Source: Lama guanicoe
Taxonomy: Eukaryota
DNA length: 64,000 bases
Direction of reading: 5' to 3'
Assembly (NCBI GenBank): GCA_013239625.1
Contig: MU054001.1
Location: forward strand, 2,796,151 to 2,860,150
Position 1 is the first letter of the stretch. Every line of letters begins with the position of its first letter. The position numbers were made by a program, and so were the translations under genes. This document shows positions 12,679-25,789 of the stretch, in pieces. Below the pieces are notes generated by a model that ran no database searches, was not told where the DNA came from, and saw only the letters and a program-made list of their open reading frames with translations.

Positions 12679-13030
12679 CAGTTGTTCTTCATCCCTCTGT
12701 ATACACTGGTGATTGGCTCCAGGACCTCTACACAGACTAAAATCTTCAGTTGTTCAAGTACCTTATATGAAATGGCATAGTGTTTGCATACAACCTGTGC
12801 ACATCCTCCTGTATACTTTAAATCCTCTCTAGATTACTTATAATACCTAATACAATGTAAGTGCCTTGTAATTAGTTGTCAAAACAACAATGTAAATGCT
12901 ATGTAAACAGTTGCTGGTTGTGGGAAAATTCAAGTTTTTCTTTTTGGCACTTTCTGGAATTTTTTTCAAATATTTTTGACCTACAGTTGGTTGAATCGAG
13001 GATGTGGGATACCATACGGAGGGCCGGCTG
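12679..13030 (+). mobile_element. MER2B-like TcMar-Tigger MITE
   Basis: CAG...CTG termini; CACATCCTCCTGTATACTTTAAATCCTCTCTAGATTACTTATAATACCTAATACAATGTAA; ends ATACGGAGGGCCGGCTG. Confidence 0.85.
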
Positions 13031-13809
13031 TGTTTTGGGTAAGTAGAAATGCTCTGGAGAAAGGGCTGGATCAGGTGGATGTGGTGTGTGGAAGGAACGT
13101 ACCTTTGAACATGAGATTTACTCATTTTCTCCCCAGGAAGAAAAAAGGGCACTGATAGCTAGTTCTTTAGAGTCACTTTGAGTCCTGAGAATTACACAGA
13201 TGAGGGAGAGTTGTACCTTGTGATAACTGAGGATCCTTTGCTCAAATGGGAATTGATTGAACCAAAGCTTGGTGAGAAGAGTGAAAAGAGGAGGTGGGTC
13301 CCGAGGCCTTCTGGACATCCAGCTAGCACAGGGAAGTCCTGGAGGGGCTAGGCTCCCTCTCTTAAGCCCCATCTTCTTGATGATCTCCTTTCAAAGGGCA
13401 CTTTGTTCTTTCAGTTTTTTATCTTGTAAGAACATGGGCTTCTCTGACCCCCAGCCAGCCTGGAAATCCAATGCAGATGGGCATTTCTGCAGAATAGTCT
13501 CTGACTTATACTGCACCCCTCAGCCCCACCCCAGTGTCTGATCATGTATCTGATTCTTGGCACTTGAATGGACCCATAGGTTAGAAAAGGTGAGGCAGCA
13601 TCTATACCCTGGTTGCTGCACCATTAATAGAGCTGATGCCTCTTCTGAAGCAAAATGTTGCAGGCTTCGTTGCAGTTAACCGAGTACTTGACCTGGAATC
13701 TGGGACAGTTGTCCCCAGACGTACATTCCAGGACACAGATTCTCTTTTCATCTCCATTGCTCTCTGTCTGGTATTCATCAATTTACCCAGCCATCCTCCC
13801 ATCCTCCCC

Positions 13810-13905
13810 TCCCATATATTTTTGCATTCCTTTAATCAGTTAACACTTGTTTTAAGCATATGTCAGATACTGTGCTCTGTGCTTTAGGGGTTACAGAGAA
13901 GTGAC
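13810..13905 (-). mobile_element. L2 3' fragment
   Basis: CATTCCTTTAATCAGTTAACAC...ATATGTCAGATACTGTGCT. Confidence 0.55.
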
Positions 13906-14459
13906 TCAGCCAGGTAGATTCAGGGTCTGCCTGCACAGTGATTGTGAAAGGTCTGCTGTTAGAGCTTGCTCATCCCTCCTGGAGAAGGCATTAAATCATT
14001 CTGTCACCCACATGCCAAGCTTGATGACTGAATCTGAGCTGCATTATAACCAGCCTAACCTGGAAGGAAAGGCTCAGTGACCCTGGGAACTTCACCCACC
14101 TCACTCTCCTACCCCATCCCAGCAGAGGGCTGCCCCTTTCCCAGGATGCCTCTGGGCCTCATTTCTGCTTTGCTTTGCCCAAGGTTTAACTGAAGACATT
14201 CCCTTCTGGAAAGAGCTGGACCTCTTGTTTCAGGAAATTGCAGCAGAATAGGAGAATAGAAAAGATATCAGCTCCCTGTGAGGGCAGGGGTTGAGTGATC
14301 AGTTTCTGTAACTCAGGCAACAACTTCAGCTAGGACATGGTTATGTGGAGACACATACACATGTTCTTTCTTTGTTGTGATTGGGCAATGCCAATTTGAA
14401 GTATGATCTTTCAGGTGGGTCATCCAGAATCTGGCTCAGAACAGAGATAACAATATGCT

Positions 14460-14875
14460 CTGAGACTGTACAAATGATTTCATAGCCATCCTGTGAGGAA
14501 CTCTATAGGCCTGTGAGGTAGCCAGGCAAGAGGCCATCATCCTGTTTTACAGATGAGGAACCAAGACTTGAATGAGAATAACAGCTGAGCACGTCCTGTG
14601 AGTCTGGCTCTGTGCTAAATACTTCCTATGCACCGACCTCATTGAACTAAAACATCCTCAAATTGCTAGTTTAAAGGTGGGCAAGACAAGGCCCAGAGAG
14701 GATAAGCCACTTTCCCTAAAACACACAGTTAAGAGAGTGGTAAAGCCATATGTCTAGACCCCAGGTTCACACTCTAAGACCCTGAGCCACATATTATCCT
14801 AAGGGCACACAGCCACCAGTGGTGAGCCTGGGAGGGGAACCCAGGTGCTTGCTGCCTAGTCTGATATTTTTCCAA
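14460..14875 (-). mobile_element. MIR cluster (likely one MIR nested in another)
   Basis: TTTTACAGATGAGGAACCAAG, then a second MIR-like body (GGCCCAGAGAGGATAAG), then resumption CCTAAGGGCACACAGCCA. Confidence 0.6.
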
Positions 14876-15249
14876 TGTTTCAGCCTTCCAGTATGGCCTC
14901 CATCCTCCTGAATTCCAACCTAGCAGAATGGCATCTAGAGAAGATGTGCTGGCTATTGCTCCAAGGGGGCTGTGTTGGTGGGTATGGACTCTCAGTTACA
15001 CCTTGTTATCCTAGAAGGGAACTATTGCTGGTAAAAGCCTTAAATCCATGGTGTAAGAACTTTTTAACTCACTTGAATGCCTTGGTCTCACCTAGATTGG
15101 TATACCTGAAATAAGGAGATTCATTTAGTAAATGTAATATTTAAAAATGCAGATTCATCCATAACCAGAGAGTTAGCTAGTAGAGGCTGTGTTCCTTTCC
15201 TGCATGTGGGGCAGGGGATAGCCCCTAATACTGAGAGCTTGCAAAGTTG

Positions 15250-15385
15250 ATAGATACTCTTACCTCCACCTCAAAGATAAAGAAACTGAGACTCAGGAAG
15301 GGCAACTGGTGTGCCCCAGGTCATACAGCTGAGAAGGCCCCTGAGCTTCCAACTCTGATCTGTGTGACTCCCAGAATCTAGTCAC
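15250..15385 (-). mobile_element. MIR fragment
   Basis: AGATAAAGAAACTGAGACTCAG...CCCAGGTCATACAGCT. Confidence 0.7.
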
Positions 15386-16229
15386 CACTAGGCACCCTCA
15401 TCCAGGCTGCCTTCCAGAACAGAAGCTTCAGAATGGGGGTCACAACAGTGAGCAAACAGTAACAGGAAGGGAAGGGCAGATGTGGGATGGAAGGCAGGTC
15501 AACTCTGGGAGGCTGATGCTAATGCCCACCAGGTCTCTGATTTGTCACCTTAAACCAGAAGTACAAAGTAATACCTGGGAGAGAGGCGCAGTCTTCTCTC
15601 CGGCTGGACAGGCCAATATATAGAGAGATCCTCCTTTGTCAATGAGACATTTAACATTCCACTTTTTTCTTGAAATTTACAGATTGAAAATTTACATTTT
15701 CTTGAAATTTGCTCTACTTATTGATTTAAACAGTTATGAACACTTACATATTTATAAAAATTTTCCTGGTGCCATGTGAAATCTCCAATTCCGTTTGATT
15801 TTGCTAATTGCCAGAGTGTCTACTCTCTACCAGAGGATCAATAACAACAATGATGAAAGGCCTGAAAACGCATAAGCATTTTCTGTTCCCAGCTTCTATT
15901 TTACGAATAAAACATTGATGCTCTTTTTAAGTTGGCCATCACTCATCTGGTAGGTTTTGCAGACAATAACAGTTCATTAGTAATATCTAGTGGGGAAGAT
16001 GTATGATGCTGTAAATATTTAAAATCAAATTTGAAAAAGAAGACAGAGATGAATGCAGGGGGTGGGGGTGGGGGGATGAGCACAGTGCTCAGGGCTATGG
16101 TTTTCACAGGGACTTCCGCTCTGGCCCTGCCATTGTTTTCCCTCTGAAGTCCCAGGAAAGGGGACTTAGCAATGGGGCTGCAGCCAGCAGGGTCCAAAAT
16201 GGCAGGCATCAAATTTAATGGGTATCTTA

Positions 16230-16505
16230 GCCTGTGGTGCTTCTAAAAGTAGCCTCCTAGACAAGGATTTAGGTATAAGTAATTTTTTGGGTGGATGATT
16301 CTAGGAAGTGTTGTGAGAGAGTGAGTCCACGTGACCAGGAAGGGGAAAAGGCCAATTAAACTTTATGTTAATGGTGGAGGGAGTTTTGCTGTGGATCAGT
16401 GGGCTCAGTCCCCTTGGGAACCCTCTGAAAAACGTCTTGGAGGAGACCCTCTGGGGTCAGAAGACTGAAGTACATCCTCCACCAGCTTCCTCCTCATTGA
16501 TAAGA
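16230..16505 (-). mobile_element. LTR33-like ERVL LTR fragment
   Basis: AGACAAGGATTTAGGTATAAGTAATTTTTTGGGTGGATGATTCTAGGAAG...GGGCTCAGTCCCC. Confidence 0.6.
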
Positions 16506-17189
16506 GTACTGTTTGTTCCCAAGAAGGAAGGCCCTTAGGGATCTGTAGGTGGCTAGTGTTTTTGGAAACTATATGTCAGCTCCCAGGTAGTGAAGGCGCA
16601 GGACACTGATAGCTTACTTGCAGTGGGTAGGAGTGGAGCCCAGTGTTTGTTGAGATGGAAGGGACAGCTAATAAAGAGAGTCCAGGTAGGGAAACTGAGG
16701 CCTGGAAAGAACAACCAGGGTGAACACAGGCCACAGCGGCAGCAGGTGATGGAACTCAGGCAGAAGAGAAATGTTCATCAGAGAAGGCTGCCCATGGCTG
16801 TTGGGGGGCAGCTCAGAAAAAGGCCTTGACAATGACCCCCTTTCTATTTAATTCTTCTCAGGAACATTTGGAAGGATCTGACCCTTTCTGGGACTGGCTG
16901 GCGAATGTCCTCTCTCTCTGTTCTTTGTTTCTCATAGAGTGCAGTCCCAGCTCTTGGGTCCTCAGATCCATTCGTCCCATTCTGCCTTTTAAAAACTCCC
17001 CTGAATATGCTTTATTTCTATGAATCCCTGTTTTTCACCAAAAGAACTAATCTGTACTTCGATGTTAATAACAGATTGAATTTTTTAAATGTTTGTTTTT
17101 CAGTGAGGGATTCCTTGAGTTAAAATGTGTTGGACAAAGTATTTCTAAGCTCTCCTCCAGCTCTGATTCATATGCATTGATAAAATCAT

Positions 17190-17320
17190 GAACTGTCAGA
17201 TCAGGGAGGACGTCAGATCCACCTAATTCAATGTACTCTGTTCACAGAGTTGCAAACCAGTGCTCAGAGATGGGAAGAGACTTCCTTGTGGTCATGGCCA
17301 TATGACATTGTGACAGGCTG
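17190..17320 (-). mobile_element. MIR3-like fragment
   Basis: GGAGGACGTCAGATCCACCTAATTCAA...GCTCAGAGATGGGAAGAGACTT. Confidence 0.55.
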
Positions 17321-17599
17321 GTAAAAACAATATATTATATATTCTTCAAAGATCTCAGAGCAGGGATAGAACCTGGGAGAGATCAGCAGGGATCCAGGGA
17401 ACACAGGAAGGGGGGGGATCCGGTACAAATTCTGGGCCCTGACAGAGCAGGGCCTGAGTGCACATTTTTAGCTCATCTGCCCCTTCCAGAGGGCCTGGAA
17501 AAAGTTTTACAGTGGATCCTAAACACATTACTGATGGCCTTGGTTCTATCCTTGCCCTATTCTTGAAACTGCTTTGAGATGTAGAGACCAAGAAGTTGT

Positions 17600-18225
17600 C
17601 TAGTCTCTGTTTAAATGTCCTTTATGATGAGATGTTTCTGAACGTGAGAGACAGTTCATTCTATTTTCTGCTGTCTCTAACTGTCAGATGTCTTCCCATG
17701 TGCAGCCCACACCTGTCTGCCTGTATCATCCACCCACTGGCTCTGTGCTTAGAGCTCAGGTCAGAAGGCAACTCCCAGGACAGCCTAACACATATGTAAA
17801 TAGTACCAGCTCTCCTGCTCCTTGCAAAACCTTATTTTGGTTGCCCTCACTCACCTCTTCACACTTTGAAAATTGTCACCTGACTTCTTAGAATATAGGA
17901 CTCACAGCTGATCACCGGACTCTGAATTAGCAGTCTGACCAGCCGACAGTGGGCAGCCCCTCATCTTGCCCTGCGCTGTATTCTTGAGTGCGACCCTGGG
18001 AAAGTCGTTGAACTTCTGCATATGTACTTGTGTCAATTCAGCCTAAAATAATAACTTTGGGTTTGTTTTTAGCAATATCATAGTAACACATTTTACCTTA
18101 AACTCAATGGGAAACTTCAGGATTTTTCTGTTTGTTTTGCTGTCAATTATTAACTACCCCTTCCCCCATTCTATACCTGGGTAACTGGTATCTGGGCTCT
18201 GAGAGCAAGAGTTTCATGTTTGGCA
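17600..18225 (-). mobile_element. L3/CR1 fragments
   Basis: ACAGTTCATTCTATTTTCTGCTGTCTCTAACTGTCAGA, ATCCACCCACTGGCTCT, CAGCCTAA and CCCCATTCTATACCTG resemble the antisense L3 3' region. Confidence 0.55.
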
Positions 18226-19139
18226 AGCCTAACCACTTGTCTCATTTGCTGACTGGATTATTGTACAGTGGCATATTTACTATATGTCGATGCTGTAATG
18301 ATGACTGAGGAACAGGATTTATTATGGCATTCTGTGATCAATCTGTGAAATAAACAGGCTTAGTAGAAGAGTCGCTCTAGCTGAAGAGAGTTCTCCTGAA
18401 CACGCTGTTGTTACCATAGTAGAGGATTCTGCAAAGGCAGGTGATGGAGGTGGAGTGAGTGGGAACCAGGATTTCTGCTGTCTTGGGAGACAGGTAACCT
18501 GTGTTTGGTCAGAAGGCCTCAGTGCAGGGCTTCATACCAAATACGTGACCATGGAGCAGAGGTCCAAAAATACGACTTCGGAAATTCTAGACCCAGAGAT
18601 ACTCCATGGAGAGAGGGTTGGTAGAGAAACTGAAATGTTGCATGTTAACTTCCTCTCCTGAAGGTGATGAGCATATTAAAGGTATGGAGGAATCTTGCAA
18701 TGAAGAAATACACATAACTTCTTTTAATTATGGTTTCTCAAGCCTTATTTGACCACCAAAACCTTTTCTTTTACAAATAACTCCAACTGCATTTAGTAAA
18801 GACTGCTTTATACACATCATTTCTCTCTCCACTTTCGTTTTCTCATCCGAAGTTTACTAGCATCTGAGTTTGCTCTTTACAAGAGGCTCTACTTAGAGGT
18901 CATATTTAAATTGGCAAATATTTACTAACCTGGCCCATTTCAAGTCATGGGTTGTAAGAATTGAGAAAACCCAGCGAAACACCAAATAAAGGATATCTTT
19001 TCTTGAAATTCCATCACCCGATTGTTTTCTATGTAGAAACAAAGAAAGCATTTGCCTAAGGATTTCATTATTGGATTAAGAAGAAACGCAAAGTGAACAT
19101 TGTTTTTCTTCTTCCTGGTTGAGATTTTTCTGTTGTTAT

Positions 19140-19470
19140 TGACTACGGATGACAGCCTATGAGTGTTTACTGAGCCCAGTCTATGCACTCAAGATTATTC
19201 TAGGACTCATAATGGATATAGAAGGAAAATGATAAACCATTATTATTTCCAAGGCACTTACAATCCAACAAAGCAATACCAATGAGGGAAAGGGTGAATG
19301 TCTCAAATGATGTTGCTCAGAATATGGCACTTGTAGGAACGAATCAAAAAAAGAGATCAGTGGGTTGTAGTAGATGGGTAGGATTTCATGGGGTCAAGGG
19401 GACATAAATGTGGCTGGGAGGACTTGGAAGAATTTTTAAAAGATAAAAAGATAAATATAATTCCAGGCAA
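19140..19470 (-). mobile_element. L2 fragment
   Basis: TTTACTGAGCCCAGTCTATG...CAAGGCACTTACAATC...ATTCCAGGCA. Confidence 0.55.
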
Positions 19471-20759
19471 CAACAACAACAACAAAATGAACTCTTGACA
19501 AGGGGCCTCTGGGAAAATTCCTTTTCTTAGGGCCTGGGCTACTCCAGGAAAATGTCACTGTGTAATGAGAGTGTCTTTGTTCATCAGACTTTCACTGAAA
19601 GTAGTTGAAACCTATAAGCTTTAAATATAAAGCTGGCTGATGCAACCAGATTATATGTCAGGAGTTTGAATTTAGATACCAACATATAAATTCAGTATCT
19701 ACTATTTGAAAAGTAAGATGGTAGTGGGCTCTTATTTCTCTATATTTTTTATAAGGACTGGTGAGTAACCTGAGTAGGGGCAGGCCTGTCCCAGAATTTG
19801 TAACTATTTTTAACGATAGTCAGGACAACACCCAGCTTACTTCATATTATAGACAATCTGCTTTCTGGGACAATAGAACAAGAGCACAGGAACTCAGTTC
19901 TACTAAGATTTCATGGTAAATGTGCTTTTCCTCCCTCTGACTAGATAGAGAAGGAGGCCCCAGTCTCCTCGGGAACCTGTGGGCTATTGAACTGTCCCTG
20001 CTCCAATTTGTTTATATTCAACATGAACAGCTTCTTACTGAGAGTGTTGGAAAACTGAACTTTCCTCTGAACAGGAACACTCCTCCTTTTCCACCCTAGA
20101 GATTGGGACAACAGCAGATGGTTTTAAGATTTGTTTGCCTTTTGTCTATATTTCTGTTGATTTGTGTCTAGGTAAAATCTCACTCATTTAAAAAGATTCT
20201 GCTTCTCAGCTTCACCCTTGAAACTAGAAGGTTAAGGTTAGCATTAGAGAAAGAAGTGGATTATCTCCAAGTCCCCATTCACTAGGTGCTTTCCCTCCAT
20301 CCTTTCTTCTCCACTCCTTTGGACCTAAATTTGGCAAAAGAAATGAGCAAACCAAGACTGGTAGATCTCATCAAGGACTGATCCATGGCTTAGTGAATTG
20401 CTTTTGGAATGGAGAGCTCTCCAGAATGCCAAGAACTGCCTGCCAGCTTGTAGACACCATTCGCCCAGACAGGACCATCTACACTTGAGATCATTTCAGC
20501 ATAGGCAGAACAGTGTAATGAGAACTAGAAGTAAGATATACAAAGCCACCAACACAATGCCTGGAATACGGTTGGAGTTCATTAAATGATTCGTGTTCTT
20601 CTTGCTGTCATTATTATTAGCCTCCTGGGATTGTGTTGACCCACTTGGGAACAGTGCTGGCTCCCAAATGACAAGCTTCATTACTTTCATAATATAAAAT
20701 AAAAATATCAGAAGGATGTAATTTGAGAGCAAATCGTAGTCCTTTAATATTATGCAGCA

Positions 20760-21295
20760 GTTTAGAAAGGATGAGGTAGGCGTGTATACACTAATGAGAA
20801 ATGAGTTTAAAAAAGCAAGTTTTAGAACAACGCGAATAATGTCATTAAGTTTTTGCTTTTAAAAACCAAAGCCCTGTATAATACATAGCTCGCTTTTAAT
20901 GAGTTATTTCTGTTTATCTAGCATAGCACTAAGTGCTTTTAAAACCTTTATCTCCGTTCACGCTCACAACTGTGGAAGAGTGGTATTGTTATCGATGCCA
21001 CTTAACTAATACAGAAATTGAGGCTTAGGGAGGTGGAATAACTTTCCCGGTGGACGTATCTAAGTGGTCTAATTCCAGAGTCTGTTCTACAAGTCATTAT
21101 GAAATTTAAGTGTTCACGCCTAGAAAAACACAGGGAGGGATACACCAGACTGTTGTCAGTGGCCACATCTGGAGAGTGACAAAGTGAAGCAAGGAGGAGG
21201 GGCAAGGGGGGTTTGGGACATTTATATTTTATTATAAATTCATAAATTGCTTTATATATTTGCAGCAGATATATATTGCTTTTATAGTTAAAAAG
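20760..21295 (+). mobile_element. L1ME-like 3' end interrupted by a minus-strand MIR (~20890-21090)
   Basis: AAAAAAGCAAGTTTTAGAACAA...GGATACACCAGACTGTTGTCAGTGG; MIR part GAAATTGAGGCTTAGGGAGG. Confidence 0.55.
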
Positions 21296-21307
21296 ACAAT
21301 CCTCTGC

Positions 21308-21590
21308 ATAAAGGGACAAATATTGTATGATTTTACTGATACGAAATATCTAGAACAGGTAAGTTCTTAGAGCCAGAAAGTAGATTAGAGGTTACCGGGG
21401 GCTGGAGGAAGCAGGAAATGGAGGGTTATTGCTTAATGGGTACAGAGTTTGAAACTTTTGGGAAATAGATTGTGGTGATGGTTGTACATCATTGTGAATA
21501 CAGTTCATACCACTGAATTGGTCATTTAAAATGATTAAAGTTGTAAATTTTATGCTATGTGTATTTTACCACAATTCTTTAAAAAAAGTA
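21308..21590 (+). mobile_element. L1MB-like 3' UTR
   Basis: GGACAAATATTGTATGATT...GAAAGTAGATTAGAGGTTACC...TAATGGGTACAGAGTTT...TATTTTACCACAAT plus A tail. Confidence 0.85.
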
Positions 21591-22040
21591 GAAAAAATGG
21601 TCTTTGAATTGAAATAATTTATTTTTTTGGAAAACACACACTATTACCATTCTTTTTTCCTTATTTTGGCCTCTACTACATTGTATCTTGCAGAGGCAGT
21701 GGCTCACAGGGCCAGATATAACTGCAGCCTTACCTAGTTGGACAGGTTGTTTACATGGCTGTCTGTGAGTTTTGGGAAGTACCTGCAAGCACCAGCTCTT
21801 TTGTTTTCCTGCATTACTTTAAGGCATATATCTGTGATCAGCTCAGTGTCATGCAGAGAGACCCCTTTACCTTGTCAGGGTACCTGGGAGTGCTCTACAA
21901 GATCTGAGAGATAGCCAGCACAGTAATGGGAAACATCTTACATTCTGCATTTGTAAAAGATACGATTGAATTGGACTCTAGAGGTTTTATTTACATAAAC
22001 CGGGATCCAGAATGGAGGATTAGAGGACTGGGCAGTTACT

Positions 22041-22077
22041 CATCCATCCATCCATCCATCCATCCATCCATCCATCC
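22041..22077 (+). repeat. (CATC)n microsatellite
   Basis: About 9 perfect CATC units at the antisense tail of an L2-like fragment. Confidence 0.95.
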
Positions 22078-22839
22078 TTGAACCCTCCCACCCACCCACC
22101 CATCTGTACATCCATTGTAAGTCCATTCTGTTAAAAAAAACTTTAAGGAGTACCAACTATAAGCTAGACCCTTGGTCAAATACTGAGCATTAAGAGGCAC
22201 ATTTCTCATAATACACTGTCAATCAGCATAGTGTTATAGCAAAGAAATCAGAAAGGGCATTGAGGATCATGGCTTCTTCTCTCATCATTTTTACTCATTT
22301 GCTGTGTGACAGTGGGCAAGTTTCTTCTCTTCTCTGAGCCTTCAAATGATTTAGAAGTTGCCTTCTAGCTCTCAAATTTGCTGATTCTGTTCATATAGTT
22401 AGTATCAGGCTGTCCACAAACATTTTCTGATACGTTTGCAAGTCTGTGATCATGAGCAGGACACACATACATTGAAAGGATGTGTCTTTATGCTTGCACC
22501 AGTAGAAACTGATAAGAGTTGTTTTTGCTGTGCCAGTCAGCATTTGAGTGCTTAATGTTGGTAACAATGACAATAACAGGGAACGAAAGCATGAGCACTT
22601 GCACATATGGAAGGAATATGCGATTATGATTTATAGAATTGAGCCAAAGAATAGTTGTTCATCTGTGAAAAGATTTTATAAACACCAAATGGAAAAGGAT
22701 GTTCAACTTTCCTATAGATGGCATGAAAGAATGCTCCATAATGGGTAAATATGCTTTTTTGTGGCATGTGTGTGTCTTTAACAAATATTGACCTGTCCTT
22801 TACTGTTATATTTCAAAACGTGAGTAAATCAAAGTAAGG

Positions 22840-23480
22840 TGTGCTTTATGGGACTCTCTTGTTTTATTATCTGTCATTTAATTTTTAATACCTAAGTGAC
22901 ACCTGATATATTACCTAATCAAAAGAAGAGAATTATACATTGCACATAATCAGTTATTTTTGCCATATCACTGAAATTAGACTAACAGATGAGGAAAATA
23001 AATAAGATGAACTTTAAAAATGAAAATGCTTAGCCTTTGGAATTTTAGTTGACAGCTTTTGAAAATTAAATTATAAGTCAAGTCCTGATAGGTTTGATAT
23101 CTTCTTTGCAGCTTTGCCGATGATGTATTGCAGCTTTAATGGAATATCATTTATCATCTGATAATAACAAATGTAGTATTTCTGAGCTTGTCATCTCTTC
23201 TGTGATGACAAATAGTCCAACTTGTAGCGGTGATAATGGAATTTTATAATGATCTGTCCTAAACTGACTCAACTGCAGCCTGAGCTATTTTTCTTAAATC
23301 TCATAATGCCTATTACAGGTAGATTACAGCAGTCAGCACCTCCCATCTAAGCACGGGAGCCCGTCAGTGAATCCCGATTTTAGGCAAACAGCCTAAAAGT
23401 ATCGGGTAATATTGACTTGTTTATCAAAATTATCCCTCTTAAGGCTAATAAGGGAGCTTGTCGGAGGCTGCTGGAAATGG
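22840..23480. promoter_or_regulatory. Putative conserved non-coding element/enhancer
   Basis: Repeat-free and AT-rich, with many GATA, TGACA/TGTCA and TAAT motifs, retained CpGs and a hairpin at the right end. Confidence 0.45.
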
Positions 23481-24479
23481 GAAACCATAAGACTTAGAGG
23501 ATAGAAAAGGAGATGAAAGCTGTTTATCTCTTACACAGTAGGCAGCATATTCAGTTTGCAGTTCTGCTCGTCCAATCCATCATTTTGTAGAGATTTATTT
23601 AATGAAGGCCTAGTGCTGAGAACACAAGTTAGAGAGCCCAGGCACCCTTCCACTTTATCTTGAAGCAGGATTTATTTTATGTCTTAACTCTTGGCTTGTC
23701 TGATCTCATAGCCTTAGCTGATAACATTGTTGCTCCTGTACATTAGATAATTTAAATCACTTGTCCTCTTGACTCTTTTCTGAAACTTCCAATCAGCCTG
23801 AGGCATCACAGAAACCCTAGGTTTGGAGGATATGGGCTTCTTAAAATATTCTCTTGATATGTGGATATAACTGTAGCAGCCAGGATGCTCTGGAGGGGTC
23901 CTCACACAAAGGGACATTATCAGTATAATCAGGAGGAGGCATCTAAGTAGATACTGGAGGGTGCAATATTTCACAGTGCAGATCTGAGTTTTTTCCCCTT
24001 CTCTGAGCAGACTTGATCTTCTGTCTGTGGTCACAGCAGACCAGCATATGACAAAGGGACAGGCCTATGTAAAGTTCTCAGTTTTGACTCTGATGGAAAT
24101 AAAGGACAGAGTACTGCTAATGGCAGGGCCTGATAAGCAGATGGATGCCTGACAGACTGTGTTCACCTGGTGGGGACAGACAAAGGTCATGGGAGGTGTG
24201 CATTTCAGATGGGCCCTGATGACAGGCCCAGAGGGGAAGTTTCATAGCTACTCAGTCTTTGGACATGTGTTTCAGTGTCACAGTGGACGCCATCTTTGTT
24301 TTTCTTCTTCAGTGGAGTTTCACTCCTGTCTCAGCTAAATTCCTTCCTTTGTGTTCTGGACTTTCTGCAGTATTTCTCCATGGTGTGAGAGAGACTATAA
24401 TGGGAACCATCATCCACAAATTTGTGGAGGGACTGGCCCTCATGCAACTGTAAAGCCTGCACTCCCCACCTTTCTTGGG

Positions 24480-24590
24480 TCTCCCCTTCACTTCCTTTTG
24501 CTTTTCTTTTTCCTCTTTCTCTCTTTTCCTCTCTCTTCCCTTCTCTCTTTCTTTATTTTGTCTCCCTGCCCTTTTTCTGCCTTCCATTTT
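24480..24590 (+). repeat. Polypyrimidine low-complexity tract
   Basis: CT/TTTC-rich run. Confidence 0.85.
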
Positions 24591-25189
24591 CTTTACACAA
24601 AGGGTCACAAATTAAGAAGCCTGTAGACTCATATAAATAAGATAATGGGGTAAAGAAGGGATTAGTGAATATCTGCCTCATTTAAAGAACAGCTTAAGTC
24701 CAGCAAATTGTTGCCAGGTAGAAGAGCAGCCACAGGTGGCCAGGTCTAAAACCTTCTCAAGAGAAGCTATATTAAGTGCTATATTAAGACTATATTTTAA
24801 AACATTGAAAACTGCTTCAATTAAAAAATTATTGTAAGGTACTGAAAAAAGAATAGAAATTCAGGTCAAGGGCCACCTCTGTGTGAGCTGTGAATTAGGG
24901 TCTCTGCTTGGGTGACTTTTTCTACTCCAATGACATTAAGTACCCACCACGCAGAAACCAGGGCCCCCAGGTTTGTGGGATAAGCTTCCCACTCTCTCTT
25001 GTCTCATATCTATGTTCTGCAGTGTCTGCAAAATGTTTCACAGACATTTGAAGCTCAGAGAATATTGAGAGAGAGAGAAAGAGAGAGAAAATGAGAGAGA
25101 AACAGAAAGAGATTCTTGGTTTAAATGGGGAGCTTACTTAAGAAAGAGTAGGGAGCAAGATCAAGTAGTTTGTGGGGGAAGGGATTTTT

Positions 25190-25500
25190 AGGGAACTTTC
25201 ATGGTAAGAAGGGAATTTCAACTTGTTAAGCATCTGGGAGCCATTATAAGTTCATGAGTTGAAGAGTGACAGAAGGGAGGGAAATTTTAGGAAGATAAGT
25301 CTAGATTTGTATGTGGGATAAAAAACAGGGAGAAATGAAAGGTGAGCAATGAGGACTTGGACCAGCACTTCAGCACCAGGGATGGAGTTGTAGATGTGAA
25401 AGGAGAGAGATTCTGATGACAGAGATGACTGGATTTGATGTATTTAACATGGAGAATTAAAAATCTGGAAGAGACTGATGATGCGTCTTGTGGAAATGCA
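25190..25500 (-). mobile_element. L2 fragment
   Basis: TGGGAGCCATTATAAG...TTTTAGGAAGATAAGTCT...GGACTTGGACCAG...GGGATGGAG. Confidence 0.6.
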
Positions 25501-25789
25501 GCATCAGGGCAATGGAGCCCTCCGGTAGGAGAGGCAAAATGGTGTCCTCACTGGGTTGACAACTTTTCTTGTCATCTGGATTTTTCTTGGAGTGTTTAGT
25601 GTTGATCTGAGTCAGTTATACTATAGGCCTTAGAAAGATAAGGAAAACCACTATTTCCAATATTTTGATTGTGGGGGAAACTCCTCGGAGCCAGGAACTG
25701 TTGCAGGGGCAGGGATGTAGAGATGAAGAAGATAAAATCCCTGCTCATGAGAAGCTCAGAGCCTATAAGGAAGATTTATGGTGTAGATT

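Noticed and set aside
12852..12913. Internal repeat ACAATGTAA...AGTTG twice in MER2B
   Set aside because: Probably part of the subfamily consensus itself.
24259..24640. Overlapping hydrophobic and charged ORFs
   Set aside because: Artefacts of the stop-poor polypyrimidine tract.
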